64,000 nt of DNA from Eledone cirrhosa (taxonomy: Eukaryota). Position 1 is the first letter of the stretch. Every line of letters starts with the position of its first letter. The stretch lies in NCBI GenBank assembly GCA_964016885.1, contig OZ024748.1, positions 8,432,001-8,496,000 on the forward strand, read 5' to 3'. The position numbers and the translations under genes were made by a program. Positions 44,795 through 58,400 of the stretch are shown one piece after another. Below the pieces are notes generated by a model. It made no database searches. It was given only the letters and a program-made list of their open reading frames with translations, and was not told the origin of the DNA.

Positions 44795-45786
44795 GATAAT
44801 AACACTAACAGTTATCATAAATATCACAAAAAACACATATATACACATAAAAAGTACAACAACAAACAATTGTAATCTCTAACAATCTAAATAGAAAGAA
44901 ATAAAAGCTGGCAATATGGCGAAAGGAAACTTAACATTGTCGATCTGTTTTCAATAAAAATTAATTTTTTTCCTTCGTAGCAAAGTACTAATGACTATTT
45001 GTTTTCAATAAAATTGTAAAATATTTTGATCGTATGTATGTATATATGTATGTATGTGTGTGTATATGTGTGTGTGTGCGTGTATGTATGTAAGCAAGCG
45101 TGTGTGTGTATGTATGTAAGCATATGTGTGTATATGTGCGTCAGTATGCAAAAATGCTAAAAATGCAAATATATTTTACAACTATATATTCAAGCCATAC
45201 GAAAGCATTCGTGACACTCCACCCTCCCCTGTGTATATATACACACATACACACATACACACATATATATATATACATACATATCATGAACTATATGTCT
45301 GCTGACAAATAGATATAAATAAAAACATAGTTTGTATTTGAATTAGTGAATCCATATAAATCATAACTACACACTTTATGCAAAAAACAAAAACAAAACA
45401 AAAACAAACAACAACAGCAACAACAACAAAACAAACAAAAAAAAAACAAACAAGAAAAAAAAAACAATTCCAAAATGAAACAGAAACAAAGAGTTTTTTG
45501 GTCAGCTGAAGTCATAAATAGTGGTAAATCTTTTATCTGTGGAATCATGTTGTCAACCAGCCAGTAATTGCCAGAGCTTCATGATTAACAGCAGTTTTTA
45601 AGAAACAATTAAAATGTCATTGAATTTCAGCCCAATTCGAAATTATTAACAAATATTGCTGTTGTAGAAAATCTTATTATAATAGAAACTGTGAAATCTT
45701 TGTATATCTTTCGTAGAAAGATGAAGAAATAAAAAGAGACAAGTTCAGTAAAAATATACTGGTTGAATACAAAAGAAAGATATTTG

Positions 45787-46380
45787 AATAGAAATAATTG
45801 TTTCTACTTTTGGTACAAGGCCAGCAATTATCCCAGTACATTACTGGTACTTTATTTTATCGACCCCTGTCAGGATGAAAGGCAAAGTTAAACTCGGTGG
45901 GATTTGAACTCAGATCGTAAAGGGCCGTAACTCTATGCTGCAAAGCATGGCGTCCGGCCCTCTACCGATACTGCCAATCCGATCCTCGGATTAGAATAGA
46001 AATAATTGTTTCTACTTTCGGCACAAGGCCAGCAATTACCCAGTACATTACTGGTACTTTATTTTATCAACCTCGTAAGGATGAAAGGCAAAAGTAACCT
46101 TGGCGGGATTTGAACGCAGATCGTAAAGGGACGTAACTATGCTGGAAAGCATGTCCACCCCTCTACCAACTCTGCCAATCCACCGCCCGATTAGAATAGA
46201 AATAATGATTTCTGATTTAGACACAAAGCCGGCCATTTGTGGGTTGGGTCGGTGATGTGGTGGGAAGGCGATTAAATTGACCCCAGTGCATTACTGGTAC
46301 TTTATTTTATCGACCCTCGTAAGGATGAAAGGCAAAGCTAACTTCGTAATCTCGACGGTATTTGAAATCAAAACATAAAG
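45787..46380 (-). mobile_element. Tandem array of three SINE copies
   Basis: Units start at ~45787, ~45995 and ~46195, each with aatagaaataat. Confidence 0.8.
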
Positions 46381-46959
46381 GTGATTTAAGGTAGCCTCCG
46401 TAACTATTTCGTGAAAGGCTGTTAACCTGCTTGCTGTTAACATTCAATATTTCTGTTTAACGGTGCCTGTGTAGTATTCCGACACTAAATTAACCGGTTA
46501 ATCATCGATTAAGTTATATATGATCGATACAAATATGTGTCTGGACATATGGTCGATTTGAAGTGTTTATGTGAGATGAACACTATCAAAGCTATTAAGA
46601 TGGCAGTTAACATAGCTCAGCTATTAACACCACTGTTGTTATGTCAGCTATGGAAGGAGAAGGGAGGGAAAGTTAGATGATTTAATCACCATTAATACTG
46701 ATGAAACTAATTATCTTTCAATTATGCATTATATCTAACCTGTTTAGTCTAGTTTATAATCACGTGGTCTCATTAACGTTTGGTTTAAGCCTAAACCAAT
46801 ATCGATAGGATGATTAGATATGTCTACATACATGAAATAGATTTATTGATATAACCCTACGTTATAACACATTAGAATGCGTTGTAAATATCTCATGGAT
46901 TGTCGTACAAATTATAATTAACTCTATTGCAAATTAACATTTATCAAACATGATAAACC

Positions 46960-47093
46960 AACATAAGTTGATAGTACTCGGCTGTTACAGAAGTCCTCCC
47001 TACACCTAACACTAGTTGACAGTACCTGGCTGTTACAGAGGTCCCCCCTACGTCCAACACTAGTTGACAGTACCTGACTGTTACAGAAGTCCC
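46960..47093. repeat. ~47-bp tandem repeat, ~3 copies
   Basis: agttga.agtac..gctgttacaga.gtcc repeated. Confidence 0.85.
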
Positions 47094-47094
47094 A

Positions 47095-47125
<31 letters not shown>

Positions 47126-47683
47126 GTAGATAAATCTACCAAAATATACAGTAGTGTCTAATCCGTATGAAGAACTCAATGTAAACCAAATATCATGAAA
47201 AGAAGATCCATTCAAAAATTTTTGATGAAAATCATAGGAAAACGGAGTCAAGATGAATTAATAAAAACAATGAATAAAAACAAAGAACAAGTTCCTTATA
47301 TTAAAAAATTCATCATTTTACGATCGTTTCTAGGATATATATGTGTGTTGGTATGTATATCATATAGATCTATGTAAAAATATTACAAACTATCAGAGGA
47401 AATATACATACCTTCACATATATATGCTGTCTTCAGAAATGATGAGATTTGTTTATTGAAAAAAATCAACAAAGATTTAATATAATAGGTCTGTTTGGGA
47501 AAAGGTTTTGAATTGAACAATAGAAAAGTAGTAAGAGGTCCAGTTGATAGAATAGTAGTAGTAGAAATTTAATTTAGGGGTAGAGTAGTGCAGACTTATG
47601 TTTTGAATGGAAAGAATACTTTGAATGAAAAGAATACTTTGGGGATGAAAAGAGGTCAAGCCGGTTAAGGGTACACGAAAATG

Positions 47684-48020
47684 TGATGTTATTAAAGAAT
47701 AATGTTAAAAACGAAGGAAAGTAAAATTTTAGGGTAAGGGTATTAGTGAGAAATACCAATCTTATTTAACCACAAGGAATCTAGATCTATAACAAGAAAT
47801 TAAATTAATTGATAGGTATACTTATAGGGATAAATTTATATTAATTCATATGGATGTGATAAATAAGAATTAGATGTTATTAAAGAATGTTGTTAAAAAC
47901 GAAGGAAAATAAAAGTTTGGGATAAGGGTAGTGGTGAGAAATACCAATCTTATATAAACTACAAGGAATCTAGATTCATAACAGGAAATTAAATTAATTT
48001 ATATGTATACTTTTAGGTAT
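47684..48020. repeat. ~188-bp tandem duplication
   Basis: gatgttattaaagaat..gttaaaaacgaaggaaa..gtgagaaataccaatctta at 47685 and 47873. Confidence 0.85.
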
Positions 48021-48157
48021 TAATTTTAGGAAAAGAGAGCTGTAAGAGGGAAATAAAATTATGAAGTTCTCTATAGTAAAGTACTAATTATAGGTTAACT
48101 AAATTAAAAAAACTAATTATAATAATATTTAAAATATAAGTGTAAGATGTATATTAA

Positions 48158-49420
48158 TTAAGCAGTCAGGCGGGGCTTAGGACAAGGTACGACGGTCAGG
48201 CGGTAGTAGATGACGGACGTGATGTACGCGTTAGCCACCTCTGCTCGACCTTTCAGGGATAGCTTCCTCTCCGCCCATTTCTGGGTGAGAGAAGCCACCC
48301 TGCTCGTTACCTCGTCCCAGTTTTTGTCCGTCTGGAGGTCCGGACCGAACCAGACCCCTAGCAATTTAACCAGTCCGTCCGTCCAGCGTCCGACGACGCC
48401 GTTGGACGGCATGGACCTGTCTCTCCAGGTGCCGAGCTGCAGGCCCACTGACTTTTCCTGGTTGATCATTTCTCCTGTCACCGCTTCGTATTCTCTTAGT
48501 GTAGTGCCGATCGCTCGATGTGTTTGGCGTTCGACACCACTACGGTGACATCGTCCGCATATGCTGACACGTATCTTCCGCATCCTAGTTCGCGTGGGAT
48601 CCCCCTCAACGTCTCCAGTTTGTGCAGTAATGGCTCGAGAGTCAATACGTACAAGAGGGACCGAGCGCATGATGTTGAACGGTTCCGAAAGATGACCGTT
48701 CACTCTCACCACAAAGCAGATGTCGCTGTGCATGGCAGCGATCAAGGCTCTGAAGAAGGGCCCAAAGCCAACCGCCTTCAGGACTGCCGCTAGGTAACGA
48801 TGGTCGACCCTATCGAAAGCTTTCGACTGATTTAAATTGATCAATGACCCACCCGTGCCAGGTTCCCTAGCTACCCTCTCTACGATGTATCGCATGAGGT
48901 GGAGATCGTCGTGGATGGATCTGTCGAGAATGGCGAATGTCTGCGCCTCTCCCACCAGACTACTAACGACAAGCGCCAACCTCTTTGCTAGCACCTTGGC
49001 CAAAATCTTGAACTCTGTGTTTAGCAGAGTTATGGGCCTGAAATTATCTATGTTATCCCCCTTGTTCGGATCCTTTCTCAGCCACGCCACCGTTCCTCGG
49101 CTCACAGAGCTGGGAATTCTCCCGTTCTGTTGCCAGTTGCAGTAGACGTCCGCCAAGAGGCCTCCGAAGAAGTCTGGCATCTGTACGTAAAGTTCATAGG
49201 GCAGACCATCCAAACCAGGCGATTTACCCCTTGTGCAGCTAGTCATTGGCTCCCGTACTTCAGCGGCTGTTATCGGCTTTTCGCAACACTCCGCCCCAGT
49301 GGCCGAGAGCCGCGGCAGTCCGTCGAGGTAGACACTAAAGTCCATCCCTCGATCCGGCCCGCCGCTGCCCCCGAACAGCTGAGCGAGGTGTCGCTGAAAA
49401 GCTTCACATATTTTCCCGGG
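48158..49420 (-). mobile_element. L1/Tx1-like LINE reverse transcriptase fragment (pseudogenic)
   Basis: The ORF has KSPGLDGLPYELY, FRPITLLNTEFKILAKVL, SKAFDRVDHRYL and KLLGVWF..W..RKLSLKGRA. The catalytic motif VSAYADDVTV is in another frame (48541-48570), and the RQGCPLS motif is deleted. It is a GC-rich island in AT-rich DNA. Confidence 0.9.
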
Positions 49421-49868
49421 ATCGGTTTGTTTGCAAGCATACAGCCTCAATAGCTCCACGTGTGTTTTGTAGATGACCACGTCATCGTTTTGTTCGAGCG
49501 GTAGCAGGGCAATGTCGAAATAGTTAACACATCAGTTTTGAGTCAGATTCAGAAGTAAGCTGTACATCTATACTTGCTAAACTATTTAATTAAAATACTT
49601 GAAGCATATAGAAAGTGATCAACCGTATCATTTATAATTAGTGTGTTTCTCCATTAGTTCACAATCGGTTCGATAGGAACATTGGCAAGTTACCAGTTCG
49701 TAGAGTTTAAGACATTTTGAGGAATTAGAAATACAAAGACTAAGAATATTTTCCAAATATTTCTTCCAAGATTTCAGAATGTATTCTTCAAACCTTTAAT
49801 AAATAAACCATGCTTACTACTCGAATAGCAAAGATCGAGGTGGAAATAGGAAACAAGCGTTAATATTT

Positions 49869-50300
49869 CGGTGGATTGGCAGAATCAGTGTAGCCTCGGA
49901 CAGTGGAGCGTCGGACAATATGATCTATGGCATAGAGTTACGACCTTTTCATTTTTACTGGGTCGATAAAAAAATGTACCAGTCACACACTAGGGTCGAA
50001 TTGATCGATTTTCCTCCTTGTTGACCTTATGTCTAAATCAGAAACCAATATTTATTGATAGTGGCTGGTAGAATTGGTAGAGCAACGGTCTAAATGCTTG
50101 AACTACATTATTCTTCTGTAATCTATAAAATAAGTATTTATCGATTAAATCCATGGCATCGTATTTTAAGATATATATTTTTATCGACCTCGAATGAATG
50201 AAAGGCAAAGTTGACCTCGGCGGGATTTGAACTCAGAGAGCAGAGATACAGAACGAATACCGCAAAGCATTTTATCCGACATTCTAACGACTCTGCCATT
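49869..50300. mobile_element. SINE copies in opposite orientations (49869-50052 plus strand; 50180-50300 minus strand)
   Basis: ggtggattggcagaatc..gggtcgataaa..gtaccag and tttatcgacctcgaatgaatgaaaggcaaagttgacctcggcgggatttgaactcag. Confidence 0.7.
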
Positions 50301-50833
50301 TCTAAAGCAAGAATGGAATAAGAAAAAAACCAAATTTCAGGGGTTTATTTATTCTAAAAAAGGTAGATTTTTGTTTCATAATGCGGCAGTGTTATCATAT
50401 TTATTTATTGAGAAAGATTGTCAGAATAGAGTTGAGAAATCTGCCTAAGAGTGGAACACCAGCTAAATTAAACATTGAATGGCCTTCTAACAATGAAGAC
50501 TCAAGATTATTTCCAGATCTAACATTATATGTTCGATAGGTCAATGACTTTTTCCATATCGATAACATTAAATAAAACATGGCGATGAACTTAATAAATA
50601 CATGATTAAATATATAGAGAGACGTTAATCCTTTAAATTGTGAGCTATGTAACCTATGGAATCTGGGAAATGTCAAAGTATAAATGATAGCGAAATAGGA
50701 AACCATAATTGGGAAACATCACACACACAGACACATCTACACACACACAGATCTACACACACACCGATACACACACAGACACAAACACACACACATATAC
50801 ACACGGATACACATACATACACACACACATACA

Positions 50834-50914
<81 letters not shown>

Positions 50915-51084
50915 ATATAATAAATATGATTTATAATATAATATAAGATATATAATATGTGATAACATCATATAGTGCTTGATAGCTTCAGACGGAGCTA
51001 ATCAATAAATATATGTGCGCAAATTACACTGGAAGGGGTCTTTATCTTTACCCTATATCTACAAATACATTTGTACATATAGGT

Positions 51085-51632
51085 TAAAGGTTAAGACCCC
51101 TCTTCGGTCACGAATGACCATGGGATTTGCATCTAGAGAGCTCTCCTCCAAGGCACAAGTCCTGGCAAGGTTGTTTGTAGAAGACCAGCAGTCATCCATA
51201 AATACAAGTCTCGCCCCTCAACGTCACCCATGTTGTCTAAGGGGAAGGTTTAGGTTGATACTGCTTAGCACCAATGACGTCACGACATATACTATAGATA
51301 CACTATATATATACTATATACTCTCTCTCTCTATATATATACACTATATACTCTCAATATATATATATATACACTATATATACACTATATACTCTCTCTC
51401 TATATATATATATACACTATATATATATACACTATATATATATACTATATACTTTCTCTATATTTATATACACTATATACTCTCTCTCAATATATATATA
51501 TACACTATATATACACTATATACACTCTCTCTATATATACACTATATATATACTATATACTCTCTCTATATATATACACTATATATATACTATATACTAT
51601 CTCTATATTTATATACACTATATACTCTCCCT

Positions 51633-51676
<44 letters not shown>

Positions 51677-51861
51677 TATATATACACTATATATATACAC
51701 TATATATACACTATATATATACATTATATATTCTCTATATATACACTATATACTCTCTCTCAATATATATATATATATACACACTATATATACACTATAT
51801 ATACACTATATCTATATATATACATTATATATTCTCTATATATTTACTATATACTCTCTCT

Positions 51862-51903
<42 letters not shown>

Positions 51904-52170
51904 TATATATACACTATATATACACTATATCTATATATATACATTATATATTCTCTATATATACACTATATATGATGTTGTCCAAAGACTGATACTGTAC
52001 AACTTGGAAAGTTACATCAGTGACGTCACAACTCATTTCTACAGCTGAGTAAACTGGAGCAACTTGAAATAAAGTGTCTTGTTGAAGGATATAAAGTATC
52101 AACCGGTCTGAGAATCGAAGTGACAACTCCACAGTTGCAAGCCCAACGCTCTAACCACTAAGCCATGCGC
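51085..52170 (-). mobile_element. tRNA-derived CORE-like SINE interrupted by ~690 bp of (TATATACAC)-type low-complexity repeat; related fragment at 39970-40125
   Basis: Reverse-strand head ggcgcatggcttagtggttagagcg..ttcgattc, then ccttcaacaagacactt. The 3' part ttcggtcacgaatgacca..ggcacaag is shared with 39970. Confidence 0.65.
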
Positions 52171-52970
52171 CATTTCATATACTATATGTACATATACTAT
52201 ATATACAAATAGTATATGTAGAAATATTAAGATAAATATGAAATGGCAAACTTTGAGCTTCCAAAGTTTCATGTGTTACAGAATTATCAAGAAAGAATTC
52301 ATAATGAATTCTATTTAGCTAGAGAATGTTAATTCCAGCTTTGGTAACAACTGACGCAAGATATGCTTAACACTCTCACTAATGTATAATACCACAAATT
52401 CTTCACTAAGCCATATACAGCAAACAATATTAACATTAGCAAAAACTTCTCTAGATATTGAACTTAAAATCTTAAATAAATAAGAGACGTTTTACTTGTT
52501 CAATGTCTTTATCTTTAATTTCTAAATCGATAATAAACAGGCTTTTCGGAGACGTTCTACCCGCCGGGGTTAAGACTGATTGCAACCGAGTAAATTTTTC
52601 CTCTTCAAACTGGCATTTTATCCAGTACAGTTTAAATATTCGATATAAACATTCTCTCATGTGCAACCTTTCCATCAATGTCAAATAGGAAGCGGGAAAA
52701 AAAAAACTAGCTGAATATTAGAGATGAGTTAAATTCCATGTTTTCTTCTTGTGTATTTGATAAATACTCTCTTGAAATTAATGTCCTACATACTTAATTA
52801 TTAAGCACTAATATTCAGGATTGGATTATCAATTTAAAAAGTAAAATATAAAATAAAAATAAAAATAAAAATAAAAACAAAAAACAACGAAAAAGTCTGG
52901 TAGGAGCCTGACTTAAAGGTAAACTGAATGCAACATGCATACACACATATACACATGATATATATATATG

Positions 52971-53037
<67 letters not shown>

Positions 53038-53181
53038 GTATGTATCTATATTTATATATATATATATATGTATCTATATTTATATATATATATGTATATA
53101 TGTATTTGTATATATGTATATATGTATATGTATATACGTATATATGTATATATATGTATATATATGTATATGTATATATGT

Positions 53182-53213
<32 letters not shown>

Positions 53214-53973
53214 GTATATATGTATATATGTATATGTATATATATGTATATATATATATATATATACATCTATATATACATATATATATATGTACATATA
53301 TACATATGTGTAGATTTGTAAATATGTATATATGTATATGTATATATGTATACATACGTATAATATATAACATATATCGATATACCGCTGTATATACATC
53401 CGTATTCATCAGGTAATAATATGTTATACATATTCAAAGCCTATATAGTATGTTTACAGTGTATGTATAAGTTGATATGCATACATACATATATATGTAT
53501 ATGTATATATACATATACATATATATATATGTATATGTATCTTCGTATGTATGTGTATATATAAGTTCATATGCATACATACATATATATGTATATGTAT
53601 ATATACATATACATATATATATATATATGTATATGTATCTTCGTATGTATATGTATGTATATATAATGAGTGTATACACATGTGTGTATGTATGTTTTCT
53701 TCCACTACATCATTTGTTGTTATGTTTAAGGGCAGATCATTAATTAGAAAATATTACGAGCCGAGATGCGAGAAAATTAAACGTATACAGAAAAAATGTG
53801 AAATGCAAAAAAATAGTATGTTTTTGTGTGAATATGTGTATATGTATTGTTGAATGTATGTGTATATGTATTGATGTGTGTATGTAAGTATGTAAGTATG
53901 TATGTATGTATTTATGTGCGTATGTACATGGCTGTATATTTGTATACATGTGTGTATATATTTATGTATATTT

Positions 53974-54017
<44 letters not shown>

Positions 54018-54056
54018 TATACGAACATGTATGTTGTATGAGTGCATGTTTGTATG

Positions 54057-54228
<172 letters not shown>

Positions 54229-54591
54229 GAAGGAAAAGTGAGAGGGATGGCAAAAAGAAAAGAGAAGGCGAAGCAAAGAGAAGGTGAGAAAGTAGAGAAT
54301 GAAAATTATGATGGAGGGAGAGCAAGAGAAAGATAGAAAGAAAGAAAGATAGATAGAGAGTGAGTGTAGTAAGAGTGAAGGAGATGAGTAAGAAATGGTT
54401 TTAAAATTCTCTCGCCACCACTCCATCGCTGAATTGCTTATTTAGGTTAGAGAAGAAGGAAAATCGTATAAGTTAATTACAGCAAGAAAATCAATTCAAA
54501 ATTCTTATTAATACGTTGTGGGAAAGATAAAAAAACAACATAATATTAATTTGAGTCCATTTATGGCAATGCCAAGCTTGTCCCCCCACCC

Positions 54592-54646
<55 letters not shown>

Positions 54647-54713
54647 ACTCTCTCTCTCTATCTCTCTCTACACTAGATTAGAATGTTTGTTGTTTGTGTG
54701 TTTAGAACAAATA

Positions 54714-54762
<49 letters not shown>

Positions 54763-54819
54763 ACATAAATATATATATATGTGCACATGTATATTCTTAT
54801 ACATAAGCATATACATGTG

Positions 54820-54850
<31 letters not shown>

Positions 54851-55016
54851 GCATATATATATATAGGTGTTTATATATATATATATAGGTGTTTATATAT
54901 ATATATAGGTGTTTACCACAATATATTTAGATAAGGTGGGATGTAATCATATACTAAGATATGTTAAGATTTATTAAAACCTTCAATTTGAAAAGGCGCA
55001 AGAATGTGAAGATGTA

Positions 55017-55107
55017 TAGTAGTAGTAGTAGCAGCAGCAGCAGTAGTAGCAGCAGCAGTAGTAGTAGCAGCAGCAGCAGTAGTAGCAGCAGCAGCAGTAG
55101 TAGCAGC

Positions 55108-55141
<34 letters not shown>

Positions 55142-55160
55142 GTAGTAGCAGTAGTAGTAG
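55017..55160. repeat. (AGC/AGT)n microsatellite
   Basis: Direct inspection. Confidence 0.9.
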
Positions 55161-55427
55161 ATGCAATGATAATTATTCTTTCTTTAATGGTCACAAAGGA
55201 ATGTAGTATGTTATGGCATTAGTTGATATATATGAGTGAGAAGTAGCCACCCCAGGGAAATGTGGGTACACCTCGGCTCCGACCACCTTTCTAGCTGATC
55301 AACGTATGACAATTGGACCCCCCAAAATTGCCTCCAATAAATAGTAGCTTCATTTGAGTCGTGAAGACCCCAGCCCCCAGTTTAAATCAGTCGCAATCAG
55401 ACGTCTTGACCACCCCATTAAATGAGC

Positions 55428-58400
55428 GGGGATATTGGTGTTGTAGTCTCTCCCCTCAAGACAGTGGGGGTGGTATTGGTGTTGTAGTCTCTCCCCTCAA
55501 GACAGTGGGGGATGGTATTGGTGTTGTAGTCTCTCCCCACAAGACAGTGGGGGGTGGTATTGGTGTTGTAGTCTCTCCCCACAAGACAGTGGGGGGTGGT
55601 ATTGGTGTTGTAGTCTCTCCCCACAAGACAGTGGGGGGTGGTATTGGTGTCGTAGTCTCTCCCCACAAGACAGTGGGGGGTGGTATTGGTGTTGTAGTCT
55701 CTCCCCTCAAGACAGTGGGGGTGGTATTGGTGTTGTAGTCTCTCCCCTCAAGACAGTGGGGGTGGTATTGGTGTTGTAGTCTCTCCCCACAAGACAGTGG
55801 GGGTGGTATTGGTGTTGTAGTCTCTCCCCACAAGACAGTGGGGGGTGGTATTGGTGTTGTAGTCTCTCCCCTCAAGACAGTGGGGGGTGGTATTGGTGTT
55901 GTAGTCTCTCCCCACAAGACAGTGGGGGGTGGTATTGGTGTTGTAGTCTCTCCCCTCAAGACAGTGGGGGTGGTATTGGTGTTGTAGTCTCTCCCCACAA
56001 GACAGTGGGGGGTGGTATTGGTGTTGTAGTCTCTCCCCACAGGACAGTGGGGGTGGTATTGGTGTTGTAGTCTCTCCCCACAAGACAGTGGGGGTGGTAT
56101 TGGTGTTGTAGTCTCTCCCCTCAAGACAGCGGGGGTGGTATTGGTGTTGTAGTCTCTCCCCACAAGACAGTGGGGTGGTATTGGTGTTGTAGTCTCTCCC
56201 CACAAGACAGTAGGGGTGGTATTGGTGTTGTAGTCTGTCCCCTCAAGACAGTGGGGGGTGGTATTGGTGTTGTAGTCTCTCCCCACAAGACAGTGGGGGT
56301 GGTATTGGTGTTGTAGTCTCTCCCCACAAGACAGTGGGGGTGGTATTGGTGTTGTAGTCTCTCCCCACAAGACAGTGGGGGTGGTATTGGTGTTGTAGTC
56401 TCTCCCCACAAGACAGTGGGGGCGGTATTGGTGTTGCAGTCTCTCCCAGAAGACAGTGGGGGTGGTATTGGTGTTGTAGTTTCTCCCCTCAAGACAGTGG
56501 GGGTGGTATTGGTGTTGTAGTCTCTCCCCACAAGACAGTGGGGGTGGTATTGGTGTTGTAGTCTCTCCCCACAAGACAGTGGGGGTGGTATTGGTGTTGT
56601 AGTCTCTCCCCACAAGACAGTGGGGGGTGGTATTGGTGTTGTAGTCTCTCCCCACAAGACAGTGGGGGTGGTATTGGTGTTGTAGTCTCTCCCCACAAGA
56701 CAGTGGGGTGGTATTGGTGTTTTAGTCTCTCCCCACAAGACAGTGGGGGTGGTATTGGTGTTGTAGTCTCTCCCCACAAGACAGTGGGGTGGTATTGGTG
56801 TTGTAGTCTCTCCCCACAAGACAGTGGGGTGGTATTGGTGTTTTAGTCTCTCCCCACAAGACAGTGGGGGTGGTATTGGTGTTGTAGTCTCTCCTCTCAA
56901 GACAGTGGGGGTGGTATTGGTGTTGTAGTCTCTCCCCACAAGACAGTGGGGGGTGGTATTGGTGTTGTAGTCTCTCCCCACAAGACAGTGGGGTGGTATT
57001 GGTGTTTTAGTCTCTCCCCACAAGACAGTGGGGGTGGTATTGGTGTTGTAGTCTCTCCCCACAAGACAGTGGGGTGGTATTGGTGTTGTAGTCTCTCCCC
57101 GCAAGACAGTAGGGGTGGTATTGGTGTTGTAGTCTGTCCCCTCAAGACAGTGGGGGGTGGTATTGGTGTTGTAGTCTCTCCCCACAAGACAGTGGGGGGT
57201 GGTATTGGTGTTGTAGTCTCTCCCCACAAGACAGTGGGGGGTGGTATTGGTGTTGTTGTCTGTCCCCTCAAGACAGTGGGGGGTGGTATTGGTGTTGTAG
57301 TCTCTCCCCACAAGACAGTGGGGGGTGGTATTGGTGTTGTAGTCTCTCCCCACAAGACAATGGGGGGTGGTATTGGTGTTGTAGTCTGTCCCCACAAGAC
57401 AGTGGGGGGTGGTATTGGTGTTGTAGTCTCTCCTCTCAAGACAGTGGGGGTGGTATTGGTGTTGTAGTCTCTCCCCACAAGACAGTGGAGTGTGGTATTG
57501 GTGTTGTAGTCTGTCCCCACAAGACAGTGGGGGGTGGTATTGGTGTTGTAGTCTCTCCTCTCAAGACAGTGGGGGTGGTATTGTTGTTGTAGCCTCTCCT
57601 CACAAGACAGTGGGGGTGGTATTGGTGTTGTAGTCTCTCCCCACAAGACAGTGGGGGTGGTATTGGTGTTGTAGTCTCTCCCCACAAGACAGTGGGGGTG
57701 GTATTGGTGTTGTAGTCTCTCCCCACAAGACAGTGGGGGTGGTATTGGTGTTGTAGTCTCTCCCTACAAGACAGTGGGGGTGGTATTGGTGTTGTAGTCT
57801 CTCCTCTCAAGACAGTGGGGGTGGTATTGGTGTTGTAGTCTCTTCCCACAAGACAGTGGGGGTGGTATTGGTGTTGTAGTCTCTCCCTACAAGACAGTGG
57901 GGGTGGTATTGGTGTTGTAGTCTCTCCCCACAAGACAGTGGGGGTGGTATTGGTGTTGTAGTCTCTCCCTACAAGACAGTGGGGGTGGTATTGTTGTTGT
58001 AGCCTCTCCCCACAAGACAGTGGGGGTGGTATTGGTGTTGTAGTCTCTCCCCACAAGACAGTGGGGGTGGTATTGGTGTTGTAGTCTCTCCCCACAAGAC
58101 AGTGGGGGTGGTATTGGTGTTGTAGTCTCTCCCCACAAGACAGTGGGGGTGGTATTGGTGTTGTAGTCTCTCCCTACAAGACAGTGGGGGTGGTATTGGT
58201 GTTGTAGTCTCACCCCACAAGACAGTGGGGGTGGTATTGGTGTTGTAGTCTCTCCCCTCAAGACAGTGGGGGTGGTATTGGTGTTGTAGTCTCTCCCCAC
58301 AAGACAGTGGGGGTGGTATTGGTGTTGTAGTCTCTCCTCTCAAGACAGTGGGGGTGGTATTGGTGTTGTAGTCTCTCCCCACAAGACAGTGGGGGTGGTA

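Noticed and set aside
54954-55206. Poly-Ser/Leu/Ala ORFs
   Set aside because: These come from the (AGC/AGT)n microsatellite.
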